Assembly: GCA_016206155.1 (NCBI GenBank)
Contig: JACQSC010000010.1
Location: 8,073-72,072 of the forward strand
Length of the DNA stretch: 64,000 nt
Source: Candidatus Uhrbacteria bacterium
Lineage (GTDB): Bacteria; Patescibacteriota; Patescibacteriia; JACQRZ01
Direction: 5' to 3'
Under the pieces are notes generated by a model, which worked only from the letters and a program-made list of their open reading frames with translations, was not told the origin of the DNA and made no database searches. Made by a program: the position numbers and the translations under genes. Below are positions 45,506 through 54,021 of this stretch, piece after piece (the stretch's first letter is position 1; every line of letters begins with the position of its first letter).

Positions 45506-45565
45506 AATTCTTAATTCTTAATTCTTAATTCTTAATTCTTAATTCTTAATTCTATTAGTATAGCA
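45506..45565 (-). promoter_or_regulatory. Promoter (TGcTATACT) and (AGAATTA)x7 heptamer leader ending at the ATG
   Basis: Top ttcttaattcttaattcttaattcttaattcttaattcttaattctattagtatagca. No SD. Confidence 0.7.
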
Positions 45566-45567
45566 CA

Positions 45568-47349
45568 CTATTGGGATGCGGGAAAGTAGAAAACTGTCCC
45601 GAACGGCGTGTCCTGCCGATATGCCGCTATCGCGGAGGTTATTGTATCAATAATTTTCTTCTTGGAATCACCCTTCAGTAGGCGAGGCTTGGCACGCACG
45701 GATTCGTGCCCAAGCACCATGAGCGATAATCCCTTGTCGGTAAATTCGCCGGCGGCAATCAGGCCTTGCTGAGTTTCCTTTGAAAATGTTTGATCAAAGA
45801 CAAAATTACCAAGAGAGTAGACAATGGGCTTTTCTTTATACACGCCAATATCTTGAACAACATGCGGGTGTGCGCCAATAACGGCGTCAGCGCCAGCGTC
45901 AATCCACTGCTTTGCGAGCTGTTCTTGCTCTGGTGAGTGTTTCGGTTGATATTCGACACCCCAATGGGGAAACACAATGACTCGACTCGTGTCATCTTTC
46001 TTTAATTCCCGAATGGCGTCAATGACCGGCTGTTGTTTGGGATGCGACAGCACATTCACGCCGATAACAGTAAGCCGTAATCCCTGTCCTTGAAATGTGC
46101 AGACAGTCTGCTGGCTCACTTCTCGCGGATCGCCGATCGGACAGATGCTCTGTTTGCGCAGAAGTGTGCGGGTTGTCTCAAGGCCGTTTGCACCCTGATT
46201 TAAGGTATGATTGTTTGCCAAACTTACTGCTCGAAGCTTGAGAAAGCGGAGCGCGGACATACTTTGAGGAGGGAAATTAAATGACAAATTGTTTGGTTTT
46301 GGATTTGATCGCAGGATAGCAGCACTGATGGGCCCCTCCAGATTTGCTACCGGCGCATCAACGCCCCAGAAAACACGATTGCCAAAATCAGAAAAAAGTT
46401 TACGAAAAGAATCCTTCTCATACCAATAGCCGACAGCACGCCCAAGCATGATATCACCGGCAAACGCAAACGAAACCGACGGCTCCGGCACGACCGGCTC
46501 GCCCTCTTCGTACCAACCGAATACATGAGACGTACTCTCGGCGTCAGGATTACCAATAATAACACCGCTGTTAGTGTGATCAAATACGACAAAACGTTTC
46601 GTGTCGTGCCTATTCGCCCACGTTGCAAGAAATGACAGAACCGCGGGCGCGTCAACCTCCGCTTTTTGCATCAGCAATGAGCTGTCGCGATTCACAAGCG
46701 CGCGCAATGTCAACCGATCGTGAAGATCGGCAAGCGCAGCGGGTTGATAATGGGAAAAATCAACCGAGGCGACAACAAAACACGCGGGGCAGCGCCCATT
46801 GAGCGCATCAGCAAGCGCCGTAACTTCTTCTTGCGATGTTTCCATCTTGACGATGATTGGAACAATGCGCGCGTCCGGAAATGTTTGCTTTATATCACGA
46901 ACAATAAGGTAAATGCTGTGCTCGCCGTTGAAACTTCCTGGTTCATCGCGAACCGTTTTGTTGCTTGCAAGTGCGTCAATGACGCCGCCATCGGCCTCAA
47001 GCATGCCAACACTGGTGTTCCACGAGCGACGTGTTGTCTGAATGTTGGCAATCCCACGCTCAAAATGATTGGGGCCGATAAGGATGATTGTCTCCGGCTT
47101 CTCTACCTCGGCAAACCGCTCCCCAACAACCCGAAACATCTCCGTGCGCCGCTGTCCAACTATTTCATGATGCGGTACAACCAGAGCAGAAATACGCGAC
47201 GCAAAAGATGGCTGCACCGCCGTAGCGCGACTGGATTCGACTTGCGCTGGTGACGGCGGGACCCCAACATCAACGACTAACCCACCAGCAACACCCGCCG
47301 GTATCACGGTGCAGAGAAACACCATCTTCAGGACGGAGTGTATACGCAT
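45568..47349 (-). CDS. Secreted fusion protein: N-terminal Memo/AmmeMemoRadiSam-B-like domain plus C-terminal CapA (PGA-synthesis metallophosphatase) domain
   Basis: VPHH...GPNH...SVDFSHY (Memo-like), then GDIMLGR...ANNH...GAHPHV...GNFVFDQTF (CapA). Confidence 0.7.
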   Translation of the reverse strand: MRIHSVLKMVFLCTVIPAGVAGGLVVDVGVPPSPAQVESSRATAVQPSFASRISALVVPHHEIVGQRRTEMFRVVGERFAEVEKPETIILIGPNHFERGIANIQTTRRSWNTSVGMLEADGGVIDALASNKTVRDEPGSFNGEHSIYLIVRDIKQTFPDARIVPIIVKMETSQEEVTALADALNGRCPACFVVASVDFSHYQPAALADLHDRLTLRALVNRDSSLLMQKAEVDAPAVLSFLATWANRHDTKRFVVFDHTNSGVIIGNPDAESTSHVFGWYEEGEPVVPEPSVSFAFAGDIMLGRAVGYWYEKDSFRKLFSDFGNRVFWGVDAPVANLEGPISAAILRSNPKPNNLSFNFPPQSMSALRFLKLRAVSLANNHTLNQGANGLETTRTLLRKQSICPIGDPREVSQQTVCTFQGQGLRLTVIGVNVLSHPKQQPVIDAIRELKKDDTSRVIVFPHWGVEYQPKHSPEQEQLAKQWIDAGADAVIGAHPHVVQDIGVYKEKPIVYSLGNFVFDQTFSKETQQGLIAAGEFTDKGLSLMVLGHESVRAKPRLLKGDSKKKIIDTITSAIAAYRQDTPFGTVFYFPASQ

Positions 47350-47369
47350 AGAGAAGGACGTATCCTGTT

Positions 47370-49238
47370 TTACGGATTGCGGATAATGCCCATGAACAGC
47401 GGTTCGCCTGTCTGATTATCGCGAATCGCAAAGAAGAATGGCCTGTTTACCTCCATATAAAATGTCTTTTTCACCGGTCCGACTGATGTGATTCCCACGC
47501 CGCCGACACCCGTTACCGCGGCGGCTTCGGTTCCTTCTTCATTGACGTCAACGTATGTTTTATGCTTGACTTCACTTATTTTAAGACTCCTGCCAATGCC
47601 GGTGAAATCGGCGCTATTTTCAAATGCAATGCCCATACCAAGTTTTGTCAGCAACGGTATCAATCTCTTCTCATATTCCATTTTGAACTTTGGAAGCAAG
47701 AGCGTACCCTCTGTTTCTTTGTATTGTTTCATCCAGCCGGTCCAGGTATCGGCATTCAGCGACTGCACAAAGGCATCGAGATTTTTTGGCAAAAACACAA
47801 CCATGCTCAATCGTTTGTTTTTTCCATACGGCAGTTGCACGCTTTGAAAATCCTCGGTTTCAAAATACGGCATGTCGTCTCGACGCATCATAAGCGGGTG
47901 TTTTTTTGAGGCGCCGCTGGCGGACGTAAATGCCCTCTCTTCTGTTAATTGCTTGTTAAATTCAGTAGTCCAGCTCCCCTTAAAATACACCGCGTTGATA
48001 AGATACATTACCATGTCATCCGGGATCGGTGGAGATACTATGCTCGATATTTTCCCTTTTGTATTTTTGTTCACCCACGCATTGATTGTGTTCGCCGCAT
48101 TCGAGTTTGAAAAATCAAGCGTTGAAATCTCGGCGTTAAAATAGTGTTTGACAACGTCAAGAAATTCCCTCCGAAACTCAATACCCTTCTTCGCCCAAAC
48201 GGAATTGGCAACTGATAATTCAACTTTTTGATCGGGATTTTTAAGAGCGTCAATGAGTTCGCGGCTCTTGCTGTTAATGGTATTGATATCAAAGCCTCGA
48301 AATGATAATGCGTTTTGCATCGCGTTATATGTTCCTCCCTTCGCGCCGTTATACACCATTGACAAAGCCAGCGCGATGCTTGATGGCGAAATAAATATGT
48401 TGTCTTGCTCCTCTTTGGCAAGAAATTTCAACGTCTCTATGCCAAATGCTGTGTGAGCATCTGTAATGTTTGCAACGATGGGCGCTTGAGTGATCGGCGT
48501 CGTTTGACTGTCAGCGCCAATGGAGGCAAGGTCTGCGTTTGATATCCCGAGACCAAGCGCGCGCATCACGGAAAAAGCATCTGCTGGACGGCCGAGGAAA
48601 TAACGTTTTTCGCTTTTTGGATCAACATACCACGCCCCTCCCTTCTGCTCGACCTGAATAAGGATCCTGCCGGCCATCTTTTTTGTAAACGCTTGATCAA
48701 TAGGCATCTTGCCCTGACCAAAGGGATCATAACTGTTCAAAATCTCGGTAATATCGTCATACCCGTCCCTGTCACTGTCTTCTGTCAGCTTCATCCCGAC
48801 AAGCTTCTCGAGTACCTGTTCATAGCATGTTGCGTAGGAATCTGGCGAGCCACTGTCGAGAAGCGCGTTTGTACAGGGTTCCAGCTGTTTCATGATCGAA
48901 TTGTAAACCTGCTCGCTGGTTGCATCCGTCGTCATAAGGGTGACAAGTTCGGGCGTAAGGATACCGATTGGAATTTTGCGAATATCCGCGTTTGTAATAC
49001 CAACACCCCGTTCGCGCATCACCAGAAATGCGTCTGCGGGCCGGCCGAGATTTGCGCGAGTGCCGGTATCCGGACGCACATACCACGCCTCTCCTTTGCT
49101 TTCAACTTGAAGAAGAATTCTTCCTTTGAGTTTTTCGGACAAGCTCAAAGCGCCATTGGCGATGGACACAACACCTCCAAGCGCAAGAATCATGCCAAGG
49201 CTTATCCCAGCGATCGCAAAAGTCGGCATCTTTTTCAT
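47370..49238 (-). CDS. Secreted fusion protein: 3 copies of the novel ~55-aa repeat, a TSP3-like segment and a C-terminal serpin domain
   Basis: Repeats LKGRILLQVESKGEAWYVRPDTGTRANLGRPADAFLVMRERGVGITNADIRKIP etc. Serpin core ISPSSIALALSMVYNGAKGGT...INAVYFKGSW...FYMEVNRPFFFAIRD...PLFMGIIRNP. Confidence 0.8.
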   Translation of the reverse strand: MKKMPTFAIAGISLGMILALGGVVSIANGALSLSEKLKGRILLQVESKGEAWYVRPDTGTRANLGRPADAFLVMRERGVGITNADIRKIPIGILTPELVTLMTTDATSEQVYNSIMKQLEPCTNALLDSGSPDSYATCYEQVLEKLVGMKLTEDSDRDGYDDITEILNSYDPFGQGKMPIDQAFTKKMAGRILIQVEQKGGAWYVDPKSEKRYFLGRPADAFSVMRALGLGISNADLASIGADSQTTPITQAPIVANITDAHTAFGIETLKFLAKEEQDNIFISPSSIALALSMVYNGAKGGTYNAMQNALSFRGFDINTINSKSRELIDALKNPDQKVELSVANSVWAKKGIEFRREFLDVVKHYFNAEISTLDFSNSNAANTINAWVNKNTKGKISSIVSPPIPDDMVMYLINAVYFKGSWTTEFNKQLTEERAFTSASGASKKHPLMMRRDDMPYFETEDFQSVQLPYGKNKRLSMVVFLPKNLDAFVQSLNADTWTGWMKQYKETEGTLLLPKFKMEYEKRLIPLLTKLGMGIAFENSADFTGIGRSLKISEVKHKTYVDVNEEGTEAAAVTGVGGVGITSVGPVKKTFYMEVNRPFFFAIRDNQTGEPLFMGIIRNP

Positions 49239-49270
49239 ATGATTTCTGTAAATTTGAAACTATATACCCA

Positions 49271-49292
49271 TAGAGGCCTCTATAGTATACCA
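49271..49292 (-). promoter_or_regulatory. Extended -10 (TGgTATACT) and palindromic leader (atagaggcctctat) for the serpin-fusion gene
   Basis: Top tagaggcctctatagtatacca, about 45 nt upstream of the ATG at 49238. Confidence 0.5.
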
Positions 49293-49297
49293 CACCG

Positions 49298-51421
49298 CTA
49301 CTCGATATGCACGGTATCCTGGAATGTGGCGATTCGGTTTTTAAGTTCCGGGTGATCATTGAGCTTGGAATGATATGCCGCTGCATATTCTCGCGCTTTT
49401 ATAATCAACTCGATATCGGTAAGCGTCGCGATTTTCAAGCGCGGCATTCCTGATTGGCGCAGTCCCAAGATATCACCTTCTCCGCGCAATGCTAAATCTT
49501 TCTCTGCCAGCGCAAAGCCGTCATGTGACGATACAACGGCTTTGAGACGGCTGATTTCTTCTTTGTCCTCGTCGGTTGGTGCAAGAAAGCAGTACGACTG
49601 ATGGTCTGCCCGCCCGACTCGCCCGCGCAATTGATGCAAGCTCGCAAGCCCGAACCGCTCCGCGCCCTCGATGAAGACGATCGTCGCATTTGGCACATCG
49701 ATGCCAACCTCGACAACTGACGTTGTAACTAATATATCAATCTCATGGTCTCGAAATGCGGCCATCACCCGTTCTTTCTCCGCGGTTTTTATTCGGCCAT
49801 GGAGCATTTCGACTCTTTCGTGTCGAAACGGTCCATCGATTAATTTTTTATACTCTTCCTTTACCGACCGCACACCCAATATATCAGATTGATCAATGAT
49901 CGGACAGACAATAAATGCCTGGCGCCCTCGCCTCACGTGTTTTCGGATAAAATCGTATGTCCACGCGCGATAGGACTGCGGCACAATTTTTGTGATAATT
50001 TTTTTTCGCCCCTTTGGCAATGCGCGAATCGTGGAAATATCAAGGTCACCATACACCGTGAGCGCCAAGCTCCTCGGAATTGGCGTTGCCGTCATTGACA
50101 GGACGTGCGCAGTGATTGGCGCACTGTTTTTTTCTCTCAAGGCTTTCCGTTGATTGACGCCAAAGCGATGCTGCTCGTCTACAATCACAAACGCGAGGTT
50201 CTTGAATGAAATTTTTTCTTGAATCAACGCATGTGTCCCGATAACGATATCAACACCTCCATTTGCTATCGTATCTCGTAACTCGTAATCCTTGATTCTT
50301 AATTCTTGATTCTTAATTCTTAATTCGTGATGCTGTGCTGTGAAAAGCGCAATGCGAACATCAAAATCCGCAAACACCTTTTTTAATGTAGTGAAATGCT
50401 GCCGTGCAAGCACCTCCGTCGGCGCCATGAACGCGCACTGGTATCCTGCGTGCACAACGTTAAGCATTGCGAGGATAGCAACGATTGTCTTACCGGATCC
50501 GACATCACCCTGAAGAAGGCGATTCATTGGCGTCGCTTTCTGGATATCACAGAGAATCTCCCATGCAACGGTCTTCTGCTCTTTTGTCAACGTAAACGGA
50601 AGCGCCGCAATGAGCCGCTTCGTTATTTTTTGATCAAACGGTATGGCACATGAAGTCTGGGCGGCTAGCGATTCCTTGAGATTCTTGCAATAAAGTTGAA
50701 GTAAAAAAAGCTCCTCAAACTTAAAGCGCTGTTCGGCGATACAATATTCCTCCTGTTTTTCCGGAAAATGAATTGATAAAAGAGCGGTCGAAAGATCGGG
50801 ATATCGCTCGTGCGCGCGGATATCATCTGGAAGCCACTCTTTGACAAAGGGAAGACATCGATCAAGCGCCGTACGCATGAGGAGGCGAAATTGCTTTTGC
50901 GCAACGTTTGCGGGAAACGAATAGACGGGCACGAGCCGCGCCGTGTGAAGCGATGGAAATACGGTGTCAGGTATCCTGACCCCGTTTTCTGCGCCTGACC
51001 CCGTTTTCTCATATACGGGACTCACCATCTGGAGATCATAATAATGATCGCTCGTTTTTCCCGAAAGACTCAACCAGTCCCCGACTTGCAGGTTTTTTGT
51101 AAGAAAAGGTTGATTGAACCATACGATCTTGATGCTCCCGCTTGCGTCCGAAACCAATGCTTCGGTGACGATCATCCGCGAACGTCGAGAGCGGCGATTG
51201 GCGATCATATCGATCCGCCCCCGAATTGTTGCTGTTATCTGGGTGCGCAGGTCTGCGATTGGAAGCACGAGGGAAAAATCGTCAAATCGTCGCGGAAAAT
51301 AAAAAATGAGATCCTCGCAGGTCTCAATACCAAGTGGCTTTAGTTTTTTTTCCAATGCCTTTCCTGTTCGGCCTAAGCTCGCGAGAGGTTGCGCAAGAGG
51401 ATTCATAAGTTGATTCACCAT
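49298..51421 (-). CDS. recG: ATP-dependent DNA helicase RecG (carries in-frame repeat insertions)
   Basis: Wedge domain, GDVGSGKT Walker A, DEQHRFG and the TRG-like C-terminus. Insertions HELRIKNQELRIKDYELRD and KTGSGAENGVRIPDTV. Confidence 0.9.
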   Translation of the reverse strand: MVNQLMNPLAQPLASLGRTGKALEKKLKPLGIETCEDLIFYFPRRFDDFSLVLPIADLRTQITATIRGRIDMIANRRSRRSRMIVTEALVSDASGSIKIVWFNQPFLTKNLQVGDWLSLSGKTSDHYYDLQMVSPVYEKTGSGAENGVRIPDTVFPSLHTARLVPVYSFPANVAQKQFRLLMRTALDRCLPFVKEWLPDDIRAHERYPDLSTALLSIHFPEKQEEYCIAEQRFKFEELFLLQLYCKNLKESLAAQTSCAIPFDQKITKRLIAALPFTLTKEQKTVAWEILCDIQKATPMNRLLQGDVGSGKTIVAILAMLNVVHAGYQCAFMAPTEVLARQHFTTLKKVFADFDVRIALFTAQHHELRIKNQELRIKDYELRDTIANGGVDIVIGTHALIQEKISFKNLAFVIVDEQHRFGVNQRKALREKNSAPITAHVLSMTATPIPRSLALTVYGDLDISTIRALPKGRKKIITKIVPQSYRAWTYDFIRKHVRRGRQAFIVCPIIDQSDILGVRSVKEEYKKLIDGPFRHERVEMLHGRIKTAEKERVMAAFRDHEIDILVTTSVVEVGIDVPNATIVFIEGAERFGLASLHQLRGRVGRADHQSYCFLAPTDEDKEEISRLKAVVSSHDGFALAEKDLALRGEGDILGLRQSGMPRLKIATLTDIELIIKAREYAAAYHSKLNDHPELKNRIATFQDTVHIE
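50281..50330. repeat. Heptamer array (cgtaatc/cttgatt/cttaatt units) inside recG, in frame, encoding ELRIKNQELRIKDYELRD
   Basis: Top actcgtaatccttgattcttaattcttgattcttaattcttaattcgtga. Confidence 0.75.
50961..51012. repeat. Element C (CCTGACCCCGTTTTCT x2 with a GGTGTCAGG palindrome arm) inside recG, in frame
   Basis: ggtgtcaggtatcctgaccccgttttctgcgcctgaccccgttttctc encodes KTGSGAENGVRIPDTV. Confidence 0.7.
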
Positions 51422-51425
51422 TCAT

Positions 51426-51497
51426 TGCACTCGCGAGGAATCGAACCTCGATTACGGGATCCGCAATCCCGTGTCCTATCCGTTGAACGACGAGTGC
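51426..51497 (-). tRNA. tRNA-Arg with a GCG anticodon
   Basis: GCACTCG-TC-GTTC...GGAC-A-CGGGA-TTGCGGA-TCCCG-TAAT-CGAGG-TTCGATT-CCTCG-CGAGTGC-A. The anticodon stem is perfect, and loop positions 34-36 read GCG. Confidence 0.7.
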
Positions 51498-51603
51498 GCA
51501 AAGAAAGGTGGTGGGACAAGCCTCGATTGCTTGATCCCGTGTCTCGGATTCATTCCGTTGCATGTCCGCCTCTGGCTGAAACGACGGATTCACGAATACG
51601 CAA

Positions 51604-52086
51604 CTAGAGGCGGAGTGTACGCATCAGCCAGTCCCACATCGGTTCATACTGATGGTCGGCATCTTCGTCCAAAAATTCCATCAGGAATAGTTTAATAGAT
51701 TCGGGCTCAATGTCAATTAGGGGCAGGGGAAGAATATTCCGAAGCCCGCGGGCTTCATGCACATAGAGTACGCGCGCGCCGTCCCCACGCTCAATAATCG
51801 AGAATGATGCAAGGTCGTTAAATGAATACTGCTTGTTGCCCACGCGAATGCCTGTTGGGGCTATCTCACAGGTAACATCCGCCGGACTCTGGAATTGCCG
51901 CGCAAAAATAATCAATACCACCAGCACGACGATGACGGTAAAGAGAAAATTGTTCGTCGCGAAACTATACAGCACCGCCAACGCAACAACGACGCCGGCA
52001 ATGACATACCACCACACGCCGCGCGCATGCTGGTCGAATTCTTTGAATGTCCATGTGAACCCTGTTTGCTCTGGCATAAACGTCAT
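51604..52086 (-). CDS. Hypothetical membrane protein
   Basis: Two N-terminal TMs followed by a soluble domain; no motif recognised. Confidence 0.5.
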   Translation of the reverse strand: MTFMPEQTGFTWTFKEFDQHARGVWWYVIAGVVVALAVLYSFATNNFLFTVIVVLVVLIIFARQFQSPADVTCEIAPTGIRVGNKQYSFNDLASFSIIERGDGARVLYVHEARGLRNILPLPLIDIEPESIKLFLMEFLDEDADHQYEPMWDWLMRTLRL

Positions 52087-52174
52087 ACTACGGAGTATAG
52101 CAAATTATGCAATTGGTGTAAATAATTGACGGGTGACCTTTATTCCGATAGACTATTTTCATCATACATTAACT

Positions 52175-52262
52175 GGAGAGGTGCCGGAGCGGCCTAACGG
52201 AATGCACTGCTAATGCATTGACCTCGCAAGGGGTCCGAGGGTTCGAATCCCTCCCTCTCCGA
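52175..52262 (+). tRNA. tRNA-Ser (anticodon GCT)
   Basis: GGAGAGG acceptor, anticodon stem-loop ATGCA-CTGCTAA-TGCAT, long variable arm, T-arm GAGGG-TTCGAAT-CCCTC. Confidence 0.85.
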
Positions 52263-52277
52263 ATTTGAATATTTTCT

Positions 52278-52661
52278 ATGAAAAGCAAAAAACTGCTTCC
52301 CTTGACACTCGTTGGCATTGCTGTCATCGCCGTTATTGGTATGATCGCTGCTGCGTCCAACAAACCGGCGCCCCTTGACGAATTTGCCTCATGTCTCAAA
52401 GACAAGGGGGCGACATTCTACGGGGCCTTTTGGTGTCCGCACTGTCAGACTCAAAAAAAACTTTTTGGCAAATCGGCGAACAAACTACCCTATGTTGAAT
52501 GCTCGCTGTCAAACGGCAAAGGACAGACCAAAAACTGCACTGACAAAAAAATTGAAGGGTACCCAACATGGGAATTTGGCGATGGATCGCGTGAATCCGG
52601 CGAACTCTCGCTTGGGCGCCTTGCAGAGAAAACCAATTGCGCACTTCCAAGCGCTCAGTAA
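52278..52661 (+). CDS. Membrane-anchored thioredoxin-like thiol:disulfide oxidoreductase
   Basis: N-terminal TM and WCPHCQ active site. Confidence 0.7.
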   Translation: MKSKKLLPLTLVGIAVIAVIGMIAAASNKPAPLDEFASCLKDKGATFYGAFWCPHCQTQKKLFGKSANKLPYVECSLSNGKGQTKNCTDKKIEGYPTWEFGDGSRESGELSLGRLAEKTNCALPSAQ

Positions 52662-52664
52662 ATC

Positions 52665-53348
52665 TTACCCGTGCGCAAAGGTCAGCGCGCGTACGTCGCG
52701 CGCTCCTGCATTGCGCAGCGTTCGTGCCGCTTCATTCAACGTTGAACCACTGGTAAAAACATCATCGAAAAGAAGGACGCTGACATCAAGAACGTCCTCA
52801 CTTTTTTTGCAGGCAAACGCCCCCTCAACATTGCGAAGGCGTTCGTCACGCGCAAGCTCCGCCTGCGCATGAGTTGCGCGCGTGCGGATGAGGATATCGT
52901 CACGATACTGCAAGCATGCGCCTCGCGCGAACTCTCTCGCAAACAGCGCCGCTTGATTGAATCCTCGTTCACGCATGCGACTTGCGTGAAGCGGAATTGG
53001 CACAACGACAGAGTTCCACTCACCGCCGTACACATGCCATGCATCGCGAAGAAGCGCCGCCAAAATCGGAATACAAAGAGATACGGAGCCGAACTTGATT
53101 GTATGAACGATGCGGCGAACATGCTCGTCCCAGGCAACCGCCGCAATCACCTGCGAAAGCGCATAGCGCTCTCGACACCACAAACACAAAAATCCTCGAA
53201 CTGAGGATTTTTTACAAAACGGACAGCGGTCGTTTGTGTGTTGCTTCAACGACCCCAAACACTCAGCGCACACCCACGATCCTTCATTTCCGCAACCGAC
53301 GCACGTCGGCGGAAAGAGGAAATCTAGCATCGTTTCAATAATGTTCAT
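52665..53348 (-). CDS. comFC: Competence protein ComFC (double zinc ribbon plus phosphoribosyltransferase domain)
   Basis: CVGCG...CAEC...CPFC zinc ribbons and a C-terminal PRTase motif LLFDDVFTSGSTL. Confidence 0.8.
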   Translation of the reverse strand: MNIIETMLDFLFPPTCVGCGNEGSWVCAECLGSLKQHTNDRCPFCKKSSVRGFLCLWCRERYALSQVIAAVAWDEHVRRIVHTIKFGSVSLCIPILAALLRDAWHVYGGEWNSVVVPIPLHASRMRERGFNQAALFAREFARGACLQYRDDILIRTRATHAQAELARDERLRNVEGAFACKKSEDVLDVSVLLFDDVFTSGSTLNEAARTLRNAGARDVRALTFAHG

Positions 53349-53360
53349 CCCGCACCAAGC

Positions 53361-53975
53361 TCACTGCCAGTAGGCGCTGTCCACCACCCACGCCCCATCA
53401 TCTTTCACAAGCTTTACAACCACGTCTTGATTGTATATGCGCGCGTTGACCGTGCTGCCAATAAGCTCCTTGCGCTGCGTTGCGACAAGAATCTCAGCGC
53501 GTCCCTGCTCGGGCTTATAATCCTTCATGGTGTACGAGAGCGCCTTGGTCGTCACACCGCGATACAACTCCTGAAAGGGTTTGTTTACTTGTTCAGCTAT
53601 TTGCTTTTGCGCCCAGTTTCTCATGGACGAGCCCATAAACGGCAACAAGTCTGAGAGATTTTCAAAATTTCCTTGGTTTGAGTAGCTCCCAAATCGCTCG
53701 ACAAACGGCAGCGCCAGAGAGACGATCTCCTCGCCCGGTTCTGCCGGAGGTGGCGATGAGAGGGGCGCTTGCACAGCACCCTTTCCGACGGATGAAGATG
53801 GCGATGCCTGCCCGGAGCTATTCGATCCTTGATTTCCCTGTTCCTCAACCTGCGTGACAAGTGGTTGCTCTTTTTTTGCGCGGACATATCGCACAACAGC
53901 AATTGCCGAGAATAGAATCATGAGTCCCACCACGGAGAGAATCGCGATCAGAACAATTTTTACGCGTAATGTCAT
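53361..53975 (-). CDS. Membrane-anchored hypothetical protein (NTF2-like C-terminal domain, possibly VirB8-like)
   Basis: N-terminal TM, Ser/Pro-rich linker, C-terminal ...ILVATQRKELIGSTVNARIYNQDVVVKLVKDDGAWVVDSAYW. Confidence 0.45.
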   Translation of the reverse strand: MTLRVKIVLIAILSVVGLMILFSAIAVVRYVRAKKEQPLVTQVEEQGNQGSNSSGQASPSSSVGKGAVQAPLSSPPPAEPGEEIVSLALPFVERFGSYSNQGNFENLSDLLPFMGSSMRNWAQKQIAEQVNKPFQELYRGVTTKALSYTMKDYKPEQGRAEILVATQRKELIGSTVNARIYNQDVVVKLVKDDGAWVVDSAYWQ

Positions 53976-54012
53976 GGATTAGGGCTTAGGGTTTAGGGTT
54001 TAGGGTTTAGGA
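53976..54012 (-). repeat. Telomere-like heptamer array; coding strand (CCTAAAC)x3-CCCTAAGCCCTAATCC directly 5' of the ATG
   Basis: Top gattagggcttagggtttagggtttagggtttagg (a TTTAGGG-type repeat on the template strand). Confidence 0.75.
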
Positions 54013-54021
54013 ATATCCTAG

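Noticed and set aside
51500-51603. A possible additional tRNA or small RNA between the 51604 gene and tRNA-Arg
   Set aside because: No acceptor/T-arm (GTTCGAnTC) signature could be folded. The region probably holds only the tRNA-Arg promoter and a terminator.
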